From an uncultured Gammaproteobacteria bacterium (GTDB lineage: Bacteria > Patescibacteriota > Microgenomatia > Levybacterales > GWA1-39-11), in contig CAZEGF010000023.1 of assembly GCA_964511965.1 (NCBI GenBank), positions 42,887 through 106,886 on the forward strand: a stretch of 64,000 nucleotides of DNA, read 5' to 3'. Position 1 is the stretch's first letter; every line of letters begins with the position of its first letter. Below the pieces are notes generated by a model. It was not told the DNA's origin. It made no database searches and worked only from the letters and a program-made list of their open reading frames with translations. The translations under genes were made by a program, and so were the position numbers. Below, in pieces: positions 1-9,313 of this stretch.

Positions 1-724
1 CGCAATTTTGTCTATACATGCAGGACAGGGAGGGGTGGATGCTATGGATTGGGCAGGAATGTTATCCCGGATGTATCAACGGTTTTTTGAAAGGCGAGGT
101 TTTAAATTTGAGATCATTGATCAAACAAATGGTGAAGAGGCCGGTATCAAAAGTATAGACTATCTCGTGGAGGGGGAATTTGCTTATGGTTATTTAAAAG
201 GCGAAAATGGAACGCACCGCCTTGTACGACTCTCCCCATTTAATGCAAATAATCTCAGACAAACATCATTCGCATTAGTCGAAGTACTACCGCAAACGGA
301 TGATGACAATGCTCTTAAGATTAATGAAGATGATCTTGAGTGGGATTTCTATCGTGCTTCTTCTCATGGTGGGCAAAATGTTCAAAAAGTCAGTAGTGCA
401 GTGCGCCTCACCCACAAACCAACAGGAATTATTGTTACCAATCAGACTGAACGGTATCAAGGTCAGAATAGAGAGTACGCACTAAAACTTTTGAGAGCAA
501 AACTTCTTGCAAGGGCAGAGGAAGAAAGGGTTGCTGCTGAGCGGAAAATTAAAGGGGATTATAAAGCTGCTTCATGGGGAAACCAAATCAGGAATTATGT
601 TTTGCATCCGTACCAAATGGTAAAAGATGTTAGGACAAATGTTGAAACGAGCAATACGGAAGCTGTCTTGGATGGTGATATAGATATATTTATCGAAGCA
701 GAACTAAAAGATGTTTCGAATTAA
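1..724 (+). CDS. prfB: Peptide chain release factor 2, C-terminal ~240 aa (5' end lies outside the window)
   Basis: Carries the GGQ motif (SSHGGQNVQKV). The C-terminal WGNQIRNYVL...VETSNTEAVLDGDIDIFIEA stretch matches the RF2 pattern rather than RF1. The reading frame is open to window position 1. Confidence 0.85.
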   Translation, partial: AILSIHAGQGGVDAMDWAGMLSRMYQRFFERRGFKFEIIDQTNGEEAGIKSIDYLVEGEFAYGYLKGENGTHRLVRLSPFNANNLRQTSFALVEVLPQTDDDNALKINEDDLEWDFYRASSHGGQNVQKVSSAVRLTHKPTGIIVTNQTERYQGQNREYALKLLRAKLLARAEEERVAAERKIKGDYKAASWGNQIRNYVLHPYQMVKDVRTNVETSNTEAVLDGDIDIFIEAELKDVSN

Positions 725-2384
725 GCCCCCTATTCTTTTATTGATAATTGGGTTTGTCACCTATGCAAATAGTCTTTTTAATTCTTTCGTTTTAGAAGAT
801 AGAGCAAATATTCTCAGAAATCCTAGCATTCAGAATTTTTTTAACATACCAAATTTATTTTTTCATCAAGTGGGTGGTCAAGAATCACTACAATATTACC
901 GGCCGGTCCTTTTTACTTTCTATACTTTACTCTATTCGCTCTTTGGGGAATTTACTTTCCCTTATCATTTTGTTCAACTTTTACTACAGATAACTAATAG
1001 TTTTTTAATTTTTGTTTTGTTTAAAAAATATCTTAACAAACAAATTGCTTTCATAATTTCAATATTATTTTTAATTCATCCCATTAATGAAGAGACGGTA
1101 GTGTGGATAGCAAATCTTCAGGATGTTTTATTCGTCTTTTTCGGATTGCTTTCACTTCTTGTTTTACAAAGAAAAGTTTTGTCTACAAAAAATATTCTAC
1201 TTTCAAACTTATTAGTTTTATTATCATTATTTTCTAAAGAGGCAGGAATACTATTTGTCGGTCTTGGATTTTTATATGTATATCTCTATCACAAAAAGGA
1301 TTTTTGGTTCTACAGTTTTTTTACCGGAATAACAGGAATAATTTACGTTATTCTAAGACTTGCCTCCCAAATTCCATTACAAAAAGAATCATTGGTTCCA
1401 ATCATGGGACTAACTTTTTCGCAACGGATGATCCAAATACCTTCTATAATTTTTTACTATTTAAAAACATTACTATTTCCATTTAGTCTTGCTGTATATC
1501 ATTCAGAAATAATTCATGAAATAAATTTTGAAAACTTCTATTTTCCGCTAATTGTTGATGTAATATTTCTTGGACTATTGTTATCTGTCGCTTACAAACT
1601 AATACAAAAAGGCACCGATAAAAAAATTGTTTTATTTTTTCTCTTATGGTTTTCGTTAGGTTTACTTTTACATATTCAGATAATTCCATTAGATTTTACT
1701 GTTGCTGATCATTTCTTTTTATTTCCATTCATAGGACTTTTAGGACTGACGGGGTTATATATAAATCAGTTTGGAAAAAAATTTTTAAATCAAAAGATTG
1801 TCTTAGGTTTGACTTTTATAATTTTAAGTTTATTGTTTGTCCGGACGGTTGTCAGAAATTTTGATTGGCGTGATCAAAAAACGTTGTTATCGCATGATAT
1901 TAAAGTAAATCCAAACGATTATTTATTAGAGTTGCTATACACTACCGAACTTATAAATGACAAAAAACTTGATGAAGCCGAAACTCACATACATCATGCA
2001 ATTTCATTGTATCCCCAAAGTTATCTGGGGTTGAGTAGTCTTGGCGTTATTTATTATCAGAAAGGTGACTTTAAAAAAGCAAAGGAATCATTTGAGAGAT
2101 CAATGAAATATGGGAGAAATTTTGGTGCATATGAAAATTATGGCTTGCTGCTTCTCAAACACGATTCGTTACCAGTTGCCAATGAGTTTATAAGAAAGGC
2201 AAACAATATATTTCCCAACAGCAAAAAGTTATGGTACTACAGAATAATTTCTGAATATAAATCAGGGAATTTAGACATGGCCTTACTGGCATCTAAAAAT
2301 TATTATTTACTATCACTAGATCAACAAAGCTACACAATTTACTCTTATCTTAAAGAAAAAAAACCAATAAAGATTGAGTTCTAG
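711..2384 (+). CDS. Polytopic GT-C/PMT-like membrane protein with C-terminal TPR repeats
   Basis: About 11 predicted TM helices in the N-terminal 400 aa. The C-terminal ~150 aa hold TPR-like helical repeats (YYQKGDFKKAKESFERSMKYG...). This is the TMTC/PMT-like architecture. Confidence 0.5.
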   Translation: MFRIKPPILLLIIGFVTYANSLFNSFVLEDRANILRNPSIQNFFNIPNLFFHQVGGQESLQYYRPVLFTFYTLLYSLFGEFTFPYHFVQLLLQITNSFLIFVLFKKYLNKQIAFIISILFLIHPINEETVVWIANLQDVLFVFFGLLSLLVLQRKVLSTKNILLSNLLVLLSLFSKEAGILFVGLGFLYVYLYHKKDFWFYSFFTGITGIIYVILRLASQIPLQKESLVPIMGLTFSQRMIQIPSIIFYYLKTLLFPFSLAVYHSEIIHEINFENFYFPLIVDVIFLGLLLSVAYKLIQKGTDKKIVLFFLLWFSLGLLLHIQIIPLDFTVADHFFLFPFIGLLGLTGLYINQFGKKFLNQKIVLGLTFIILSLLFVRTVVRNFDWRDQKTLLSHDIKVNPNDYLLELLYTTELINDKKLDEAETHIHHAISLYPQSYLGLSSLGVIYYQKGDFKKAKESFERSMKYGRNFGAYENYGLLLLKHDSLPVANEFIRKANNIFPNSKKLWYYRIISEYKSGNLDMALLASKNYYLLSLDQQSYTIYSYLKEKKPIKIEF

Positions 2385-4120
2385 TTACAGTGCTCTATAA
2401 ATTTACTTGTATAAATAGGAGCTTTTTGGTCGTTTTGCTTTTGATATATAAAGGAAATATTTTGAAGAGCAGCACAATTATTGGGTTCGAATTGTAAGTA
2501 TCTTAGATTCATTGCTAACCATTGATTCTCCCAACCAACATTTCTAAAAAAATTGACGAGCTGTCTAACATTATTTTTAGAATTTAAATCATTAGGTGAA
2601 AGTTTTATATTGTTTTGATCAATAAAATATCTATCGATAAGTTTTTGGTTTTGCGCATTTTGTTTTAGAAAAATAGCAACTGTATTGTTGAGATATACCA
2701 TTTTCCAGTTTGGATGACGAATAATTATGTTAAGAAACGTTTCCCCGGAGGGTGAGGTGTCAGTGTGGGCTAAAATTATGGCATTAAATCCATAATTTTT
2801 GTCAATTAAATCAAAAGTTCTTTGGGAATTTTGCATAGGAAAATATATATTATCAAAAAATGATTTTGGATATGCTTCAGGTCTTCCATCGACAAATACT
2901 TTTTCTTTTGGATATAAGGAAAAGTCTAAATAATTTCCAATATCGTAATTGTTAAATATTGGACCACGTATATTGTTTTTCTTGACAAATTCTATTGATT
3001 CTTTTGCATTGTCAATGGTTCCAAACCCAAAACCATGTATATCAATGTTTTGTTTGATTGATGGAATTAACAATAGAAAAAAAATAATTATTGCTACGAT
3101 TTCGATTTTTCTAATCATTTTCTGCCCGAACTTTTTTTGTTTCTTCTCCAAAAAATTTATAATTTCATTGACAACTATTAACAATGGTATAAAAGTCCCA
3201 ATTGCAAAGAGAGGAAACATCCTGACTGCAAATAATCCAAGAAATGTGAAAAAAATTGAAAGAAGAATATCAATAGGTTTTAACTTGTTCCATGTAAACA
3301 AGATTCCTACCCACAATAAAGCAATGGCAATTTCAAAAAACAGAAATGTCGTGTCGGTATATGAATTTATTGCCGTCAAAAATCCACTGTTTTCCTCCAC
3401 CTTAAAGCCATAATTTTGCATGACAAAAAGTGGATAAAATGCACCCCTTATAAAATTCGGATTTATTAGAGTAGAGACTATTGATGATGATAAAATTATT
3501 AAAAGTGTTTTTGATTTTTCGAATTTAAACTTATTCCTAATTAATTCATCCAGCAAAAATAAAGTAATAGTAGCGTAACCAAGAAAGAAAAAAATATGAA
3601 GATTGGTCCATAAAAGTTGAAGGGGTATTAGCAAATAAATAAGATTAGTTTTTACTTTTCGAAACTTATAAAGAATAAATATGAATAATGCGAGCAGCAA
3701 GTAACTAAATAATTCAGGTTTTACTTCTGTTCTTTCATAAACAATTTGAATATAAAGAAGTGAGACAATTGTGAATGCTAATAATTTGTATTTTCCAAAA
3801 ACATTTTTAACAAGCAGTCCAAAACTCAATAAAGCAAGTACTATTGCTAATATTATAAGTCCATTTCCTCCAAATAATTTATAGATACTGTAAAAAAATA
3901 CCTCAGTTAGCCAATTCGCATTAATGAATGGAAAATTTGGATTGGTATATGAGAGTAGATTGGTTGACGGTACAGTATGTGTTGTAACAATTATTTCACC
4001 CATCTTAAGATAGTAGCCAAGATCACCTACAAGATTTGTTATGGGGTGAAGGTAGTAAAGTCCGAGTAAAATAAAGAGAACGGAAACAGAAGAAATTGAA
4101 AATATTTTAACCAATCGCAT
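2381..4120 (-). CDS. Large polytopic membrane protein (GT-C-like TM core plus C-terminal extracytoplasmic domain), function unknown
   Basis: 579-aa ORF with many hydrophobic helices in the N-terminal two-thirds and a soluble C-terminal ~200 aa. It converges on and overlaps the upstream GT-C gene by 4 nt. Confidence 0.4.
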   Translation of the reverse strand: MRLVKIFSISSVSVLFILLGLYYLHPITNLVGDLGYYLKMGEIIVTTHTVPSTNLLSYTNPNFPFINANWLTEVFFYSIYKLFGGNGLIILAIVLALLSFGLLVKNVFGKYKLLAFTIVSLLYIQIVYERTEVKPELFSYLLLALFIFILYKFRKVKTNLIYLLIPLQLLWTNLHIFFFLGYATITLFLLDELIRNKFKFEKSKTLLIILSSSIVSTLINPNFIRGAFYPLFVMQNYGFKVEENSGFLTAINSYTDTTFLFFEIAIALLWVGILFTWNKLKPIDILLSIFFTFLGLFAVRMFPLFAIGTFIPLLIVVNEIINFLEKKQKKFGQKMIRKIEIVAIIIFFLLLIPSIKQNIDIHGFGFGTIDNAKESIEFVKKNNIRGPIFNNYDIGNYLDFSLYPKEKVFVDGRPEAYPKSFFDNIYFPMQNSQRTFDLIDKNYGFNAIILAHTDTSPSGETFLNIIIRHPNWKMVYLNNTVAIFLKQNAQNQKLIDRYFIDQNNIKLSPNDLNSKNNVRQLVNFFRNVGWENQWLAMNLRYLQFEPNNCAALQNISFIYQKQNDQKAPIYTSKFIEHCN

Positions 4121-4192
4121 TTTCCCATTATACTAAAGCGAAGGCTGACTAGGGTTGAATAAAAGCTCAGAATATGATTATATAAAGATTGC

Positions 4193-4660
4193 ATGGAAGA
4201 TCAAAAATCACCTAAAAAAGAGCTTTTACACAATTTAAGTTCATCAAAAAGAAACGGCAATTCTATGGCAAAACCATTAATTTTAACAATAGTCATAGTA
4301 CTTATTTTGGGCGTTGGGACAGGCTATATCGCATCAAATGTCGGATCGACTAAAAAGGGTCCAATCTCTATAAATAGTAGTAGCTCAAGCGGTTCAATAG
4401 GGAAAGGATTTACAGCTGGTGTTACAGACACTAAAGCTTTTCCAGACTCAGCAGAAGGAAAACTTGAGGCTGGAGGAATTGATGGTGAGGGCGCTTATCA
4501 TTTAGTCCGACCCGGTGGAGATTCACAAAATGTTTATTTAACCTCATCTGCAGTTGACCTGTCTCAATTTGTCGGTAAAAAAATAAAGGTCTGGGGTCAA
4601 ACTCAATCAGCGGAAAAAGCAGGTTGGCTCATGGATGTAGGAAAAATTGAGGTTTTATAG
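4193..4660 (+). CDS. Small membrane-anchored extracytoplasmic protein, hypothetical
   Basis: Single N-terminal TM helix (PLILTIVIVLILGVGTGYIA) followed by a Ser/Gly-rich linker. A TTGAAT-N18-TATATA promoter-like pair sits upstream at about 4164-4186. Confidence 0.4.
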   Translation: MEDQKSPKKELLHNLSSSKRNGNSMAKPLILTIVIVLILGVGTGYIASNVGSTKKGPISINSSSSSGSIGKGFTAGVTDTKAFPDSAEGKLEAGGIDGEGAYHLVRPGGDSQNVYLTSSAVDLSQFVGKKIKVWGQTQSAEKAGWLMDVGKIEVL

Positions 4661-4669
4661 TCCCCACAT

Positions 4670-5524
4670 TTGATTTACATGATTAAGTTTCAAGAAGTGT
4701 CCAAACAATACTATTCGGATCTTGCCCTAGATAGGCTAAGCTTTTCTATTGACAAAGGTGATTTTGTATTTCTAGTTGGACCAACAGGGAGCGGAAAAAC
4801 CACGATTTTCAGGTTAATAATCCGAGACTTACTCCCTACTGAAGGAGAAATTCATATCGGGGACATTGATATTCTAAAATTGCCGGGTAAAAAGATACGG
4901 CAATTAAGAAGAAACGTAGGGGTTATTTTCCAAGACCTAAAACTTTTACACGATAGAACTGTTGGGGAAAATGTTATGCTTCCTTTGCAATTTTCTGGAG
5001 TCTCTGAGAGTGACTCAAAAACAAGGGCCGAGGAAGTTCTGGCTGATGTTGGCTTGAAAGATGCATTTAATAAATTTCCTCAACAATTATCCGGAGGAGA
5101 ACGTCAAAGAGTAGCTATTGCAAGAGCACTCGTTTTTGATCCTGAAGTTATTTTGGCTGATGAGCCGACAGGCAATCTAGATATTGAGACCAGCATGCAA
5201 ATTTTAGATTTGTTGGACCAAATAAATAAAACAGGTACAACAATATTTATGGCAACTCACAATGATAGAATTATTGAAACAACAAAAAAAAGAGTAATAG
5301 TTCTTGAAAACGGTAAACTGAAAGAGGATAGAAAGAAAAAAAGTGGAGAAACACATCACGCTACTGAAACTCATCATGTAAGTGAATCCCACCATGAAAA
5401 AAAGGAAGAACATAAAGAAAAAATAGAAGTTAAAGATGAAAAAAAAGAAGTTCGACTTCCTGCTCAGGATTTAAAAACAGAAGACGGAAAAATTAGTCTT
5501 GATCAATTAGTCAAAAAACAATAA
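4670..5524 (+). CDS. ftsE: Cell-division ABC ATPase FtsE with a ~60-aa His/Lys/Glu-rich C-terminal extension
   Basis: Walker A (GPTGSGKTT), ABC signature (LSGGERQRV) and Walker B (ILADEPT) are present. It lies immediately upstream of ftsX. The tail reads ETHHATETHHVSESHHEKKEEHKEK. Confidence 0.8.
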   Translation: MIYMIKFQEVSKQYYSDLALDRLSFSIDKGDFVFLVGPTGSGKTTIFRLIIRDLLPTEGEIHIGDIDILKLPGKKIRQLRRNVGVIFQDLKLLHDRTVGENVMLPLQFSGVSESDSKTRAEEVLADVGLKDAFNKFPQQLSGGERQRVAIARALVFDPEVILADEPTGNLDIETSMQILDLLDQINKTGTTIFMATHNDRIIETTKKRVIVLENGKLKEDRKKKSGETHHATETHHVSESHHEKKEEHKEKIEVKDEKKEVRLPAQDLKTEDGKISLDQLVKKQ

Positions 5525-5529
5525 TTTCT

Positions 5530-6396
5530 ATGCATATTCAAACAGTTTCAAAATACATTAGGCGTTCGCCATATCAGTCAGTTGCTGCAGTTCTTATAAT
5601 GTCTTTAACGTTTTTATCAATTGCCGTTTTTTCAATTATTACAATTATTTCAGTCAGAGTTATAAATTATTTTGAAACAAGACCACAACTATCAGTATTT
5701 TTCAAGCAGGATGCAACAACAGATGATATTAAAGGACTAAGAACTCAACTAGAAGCTACCGGTAAAACTAGAAGTATAAAATTTGTCTCACAAAATGAAG
5801 CTCTATCCATATACAAACAACAGAACAAAGAGGATCCGTTACTTTTGGACTTAGTCACTTCAGATATTTTACCTGCCTCTTTGGACGTACAAGCAACTGA
5901 TGCACAATATCTCTCAAGTCTTGCCCAGGTTGCAAAGGGATCAAAAGTGGTTGATGAGGTTGTATTTCAAAAAGACATAGTTGATACACTCATTAAATTT
6001 ACTAATGGTCTTCGACAAATTGGTATTGTTATTATTTCTGTTCTATTGCTCGTTTCTATCTTTGTGATACTGACAATAATTGGTATAAAAATTACAGTTA
6101 GAAAAGATGAAATTGAGATAATGAAACTTATAGGCGCGAGTAATTGGTTTATTCGTACACCGTTTCTTCTTGAAGGAATATTTTATGGAGCGGTTGGTGC
6201 GATTATCGGTTGGGGTATTTCATATGGAGTTCTTGCTTTTTATGCAACTCCTAAAATAGAATCATTCTTCGGTGGGGTACCTGTTCTTCCAATAGAGCCA
6301 ATTTTAATGGCTGAAGTTTTTGCTATATTATTTATATCGGCAGTTATTTTGGGTGCGTTTTCAAGTTTTCTGGCAGTTCTTCGGTACTTGAAATAA
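5530..6396 (+). CDS. ftsX: Cell-division permease FtsX
   Basis: Four-TM topology with a large first extracellular loop and a C-terminal FtsX-like permease region. It is adjacent to ftsE. Confidence 0.8.
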   Translation: MHIQTVSKYIRRSPYQSVAAVLIMSLTFLSIAVFSIITIISVRVINYFETRPQLSVFFKQDATTDDIKGLRTQLEATGKTRSIKFVSQNEALSIYKQQNKEDPLLLDLVTSDILPASLDVQATDAQYLSSLAQVAKGSKVVDEVVFQKDIVDTLIKFTNGLRQIGIVIISVLLLVSIFVILTIIGIKITVRKDEIEIMKLIGASNWFIRTPFLLEGIFYGAVGAIIGWGISYGVLAFYATPKIESFFGGVPVLPIEPILMAEVFAILFISAVILGAFSSFLAVLRYLK

Positions 6397-6400
6397 TGTC

Positions 6401-7675
6401 ATGACAAATCATTTTTACTTCAAAAAAGTATTAAGTATTAGTGTCGTTTTTGTTGCTTTTTTGCTTTTTCCGTTGGTAAGTTTTGCCGATGATCCAACCC
6501 CAACTCCAACTCCTACTTCTTCACCAAGTTCAGCAAATTCAACAAGTAACATTGGTGATTGTAGTGATAACCATGTTTCTGTAGCTGATTGTCCAAATTA
6601 TTTGCAAAGTAAGCTGTCAAATTTACAGGGTCAAGATAAAACCCTTTCTTCCCAAATTGCAATTGCTGATAACCAAATAAAATTAACTGAGGCAAAAATA
6701 GATAGTACACAGGCTCAAATCGCAAATCTAGAGGAGGATATTGAAATTACGAAAACAAAAATATCAAGCTCTGAGGGGGATTTAGATAAAACCTCGCACG
6801 CTTTTGTTGGCCGTGCAAAAGCTGTGTATCAAGTCGGAACAATTGACCCATGGCAAGTGCTTTTGACTTCAAACACGTTGGATAATTTTTTCACAAGACT
6901 TAAGTATCTTAAGATTGTTCAGCTTTTTGACAAGAAAAATATTTATGCTGCAGAACAAGCCAAGGTAAATTATGCAAATCAACAGGATATTTTAGAGGAT
7001 AAAAAGAAACAAGAAGAAGCTTTGAATGCTAAATTGCAAGATTATACGGACCAACTCAATCAGGATAAAGAATCCAAGAAAAAACTACTTGCTGAAACTC
7101 AAGGTAGTGAGGCAAATTATCAACGATTACTTAATGCTGCACGCGCTCAACTGGCTGGTTTTAGTAATTTCGTAGCTGCCCAGGGTGGAGCGTCACTACT
7201 ATCCGGACAAACTTCCTGCGACTCCTGGGGTTGCTATTACAATCAAAGAGATTCAAGTTGGGGAGGTATGGCTTTGAATGGAACGCAATATACTCTTGCT
7301 AGCGATGGATGTCTGGTTACATCAATGGCTATGATTTTTACACATTATGGTCATCATATAACCCCGGTTGATATTAATTCCAACTCTTCAAATTTTGCTT
7401 CCTATTACCCTGCATATTTGTTGTTTACAATTTCTGCGGGTGGAGCAACAGCTCAAAGGGTAGGTGCAACAATGGATTCTGAGTTATCATCCGGTAACCC
7501 ATTGGTCGTAGGAATAAATGCATATGGGGGCACACATTTTGTAGTTATTAAGAGCGGGTCAAATGGAAGTTACACTATGAATGATCCTTATTTGTCCAAT
7601 GGGCACGATATTAGTTTTACCGATCACTATTCTATGAATAGTATATTCTCGATACAGAAAGTAGTATTTATGTGA
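6401..7675 (+). CDS. Secreted coiled-coil protein with a C-terminal C39-like cysteine-peptidase domain (PcsB/EnvC-like partner of FtsEX)
   Basis: Signal peptide, then a PTPTPT linker, then ~200 aa of heptad-rich coiled coil. The C-terminal domain has DGCLVTSMAMIFTHYG and GGTHFVVIKSG, which resemble the Cys and His motifs of Peptidase_C39_2. It is co-oriented with and contiguous to ftsEX. Confidence 0.55.
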   Translation: MTNHFYFKKVLSISVVFVAFLLFPLVSFADDPTPTPTPTSSPSSANSTSNIGDCSDNHVSVADCPNYLQSKLSNLQGQDKTLSSQIAIADNQIKLTEAKIDSTQAQIANLEEDIEITKTKISSSEGDLDKTSHAFVGRAKAVYQVGTIDPWQVLLTSNTLDNFFTRLKYLKIVQLFDKKNIYAAEQAKVNYANQQDILEDKKKQEEALNAKLQDYTDQLNQDKESKKKLLAETQGSEANYQRLLNAARAQLAGFSNFVAAQGGASLLSGQTSCDSWGCYYNQRDSSWGGMALNGTQYTLASDGCLVTSMAMIFTHYGHHITPVDINSNSSNFASYYPAYLLFTISAGGATAQRVGATMDSELSSGNPLVVGINAYGGTHFVVIKSGSNGSYTMNDPYLSNGHDISFTDHYSMNSIFSIQKVVFM

Positions 7676-7763
7676 TTGGCAAAACGTGCATTGCATGCTA
7701 AGTTTTACCGATCACTATTCGATGAATAGTATATTCTCAATACAGAAAGTAGTGTTTATGTAA
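7613..7763 (+). repeat. 63-bp direct duplication of the 3' end of the upstream CDS (copies 7613-7675 and 7701-7763, 4 mismatches)
   Basis: Both copies encode SFTDHYSMNSIFSIQKVVFM followed by a stop. Copy 1 is the real gene end (TGA); copy 2 sits 25 bp downstream and ends in TAA. Confidence 0.8.
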
Positions 7764-7950
7764 TTTGGCTTCACATTACGTGTTTGCAAGTGACGCTCAG
7801 TGCAGTTCCAACAATTCAAAACAACTTCCCTTCTTCGCTATGTGAACGCCTCTTTTAAGGAATTTTTCTATACAGATAAGTTTTTTTTCGGCGTTCAAAT
7901 CACTATGCAAACAGTAAATGTTGAGCCTTTCGGCCCGGAGTAATAGGGGG

Positions 7951-7979
7951 TTGAAAGTTTGGTGAGTTTCCTTTTAAAT
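7951..7979 (+). promoter_or_regulatory. Sigma70-like promoter, TTGAAA-N17-TTAAAT, for the downstream surface-protein gene
   Basis: Hexamers at 7951-7956 and 7974-7979, 14 nt before the ATG at 7994. No Shine-Dalgarno sequence is present. Confidence 0.4.
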
Positions 7980-7993
7980 CAAAATAATCATTC

Positions 7994-8857
7994 ATGCGTA
8001 AAATTGTTGTCATTAGTTTACTTTTTCTTTTGTTTTCCTTCCCAAAAAATGTTTTTGCCGTTTCAATAACTATCAATACACATCCTGATACAATATCCTC
8101 TTCCGATCAGTTTACTGTAAATGTTTCGATTTCAGGAGCTGACGCTGGTAAAAATTATTTGAGAATACAATTATATAAAGAGGGTACTACAAAATATTTT
8201 GGTGAAACTTACAACGGAAGTACATGGTACAGAGATTCTGATGGAACACAATATTTTCCTATTGATATAACTTCGGGGACTACATGGACTGGAGATGTTC
8301 AGGGAAGGTTCGGGTCGCCTAGTCCATCTGAGTATGATGGCCAAGGAACATATAAGATGAGAATTCAGAGATACACAAGCTCAGGAAGCTTGGGTTCTGA
8401 AGATGAAAATTCAAGTGCGGTAACTCAAACAATTACTGTTCCTACACCTTCTCCATCCCCATCTCCAACTCCTACACCTACCAAATCACCAACTCCGTCT
8501 CCTACTCCAACTCCAACAAAAGCACCAACTCCTACTCCAACTCCAACAAAAACACCAACGCCTACTCCAGCGACATCATCAAAAAATACACCAACTCCGC
8601 TTCCTACAGTTGACCCTAACCGGGAAGGTGGCACAGAGTCGGCTGTTTTCGACCAACCAGTTCAGGGGCATGAGAGCATATTGGGTAATAGTACAGGCTT
8701 TAACAACATGCAATCAGGTATATCTGACGATAATAATTCCTACAGCTGGGGGAAGCTATTTATTTTAATGGGTGTGGTTCTTGTAGGTGGTGCCTGTGGT
8801 ATACTTTTGTACAATAACTATAGAAAACAAAAAGAGAGCAGCATAACCTCACAGTAA
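7994..8857 (+). CDS. Cell-surface protein: signal peptide, beta-rich domain, Pro/Thr-rich linker, C-terminal TM anchor
   Basis: N-terminal signal peptide. Long (PTPTPTK)n linker. C-terminal hydrophobic helix ([19 protein letters not shown]) followed by basic residues. Confidence 0.45.
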   Translation: MRKIVVISLLFLLFSFPKNVFAVSITINTHPDTISSSDQFTVNVSISGADAGKNYLRIQLYKEGTTKYFGETYNGSTWYRDSDGTQYFPIDITSGTTWTGDVQGRFGSPSPSEYDGQGTYKMRIQRYTSSGSLGSEDENSSAVTQTITVPTPSPSPSPTPTPTKSPTPSPTPTPTKAPTPTPTPTKTPTPTPATSSKNTPTPLPTVDPNREGGTESAVFDQPVQGHESILGNSTGFNNMQSGISDDNNSYSWGKLFILMGVVLVGGACGILLYNNYRKQKESSITSQ

Positions 8858-8860
8858 TAA

Positions 8861-9313
8861 ATGATTTCAGTAAAAGTTACAAAAACATCAGAAGAAACGG
8901 AAAAAGTTGGGGAGGAATTTGCACGGCAATTAAATCCTCAAGATGTCATATTTTTAATAGGCAAATTGGGTAGTGGAAAAACTACCTTTGTAAAAGGACT
9001 CGCCCGTGGACTTGGAATTGTCAGTAGGATAATTTCACCGACTTTTGTTGTTGTCAGACAACATACGTTACCAACAACAAATTATGAGATTTTAGATGGA
9101 AAGGTAAAAACTCTTTACCACCTAGATCTTTACAGATTGCAAAACACTCAAGAAGCATTGGCAATAGACATGAAAGATTATTTAGATGATACAAGTGGAA
9201 TAGTTGCAATAGAATGGCCGGAATTAAGTCAAAAAATAGTAAATAAAAAAGTTTGGAAAGTAAAAATAGATGTAAAAAATGAGATGCGTGAAATAAGTAT
9301 GTCTTATGAATAA
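8861..9313 (+). CDS. tsaE: tRNA t6A biosynthesis ATPase TsaE (YjeE)
   Basis: P-loop GKLGSGKTTFVKGLARGLG, about 150 aa, adjacent to tsaC. Confidence 0.75.
   Translation: MISVKVTKTSEETEKVGEEFARQLNPQDVIFLIGKLGSGKTTFVKGLARGLGIVSRIISPTFVVVRQHTLPTTNYEILDGKVKTLYHLDLYRLQNTQEALAIDMKDYLDDTSGIVAIEWPELSQKIVNKKVWKVKIDVKNEMREISMSYE

Noticed and set aside
300-485. Short ORFs nested in or antisense to long CDSs (300-485, 1304-1486, 1483-1689, 2949-3413, 5204-5413, 6513-6725, 9054-9329, 9456-9644, 9641-9916, 9895-10239, 10433-10757, 12606-12809, 15435-16080, 16275-17437, 17753-18049, 20026-20274, 20513-20743, 24210-24666, 27157-27357, 29858-30073, 31173-31483, 32848-33153, 35214-35414, 35982-36892, 37290-38246, 38820-39047, 40267-40509, 40725-41009, 41125-41406, 42172-42363, 42771-43073, 46145-46411, 46860-47308, 48138-48329, 48939-49322, 50090-50572, 51868-52059, 52256-52471, 54080-54657, 56111-56341, 56995-57336, 58729-59028, 60139-60357, 60519-60737, 61538-62146)
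   Set aside because: Each lies wholly inside, or antisense to, a longer ORF with clear homology or membrane-protein character. They are AT-rich, low-complexity translations with no motifs.
8425-8634. 69-aa minus-strand ORF translating as (GVGV)n
   Set aside because: It is the antisense reading of the (PTPTPT)n linker-coding repeat of the 7994-8857 surface protein, so it is a low-complexity artefact.
6401-8857. Pro/Thr repeat tracts considered as a possible CRISPR-like or tandem DNA repeat array
   Set aside because: The repeats are in-frame coding linkers (PTPTPT) with no spacer-repeat periodicity. No CRISPR repeat-spacer architecture and no cas genes are present anywhere in the window.
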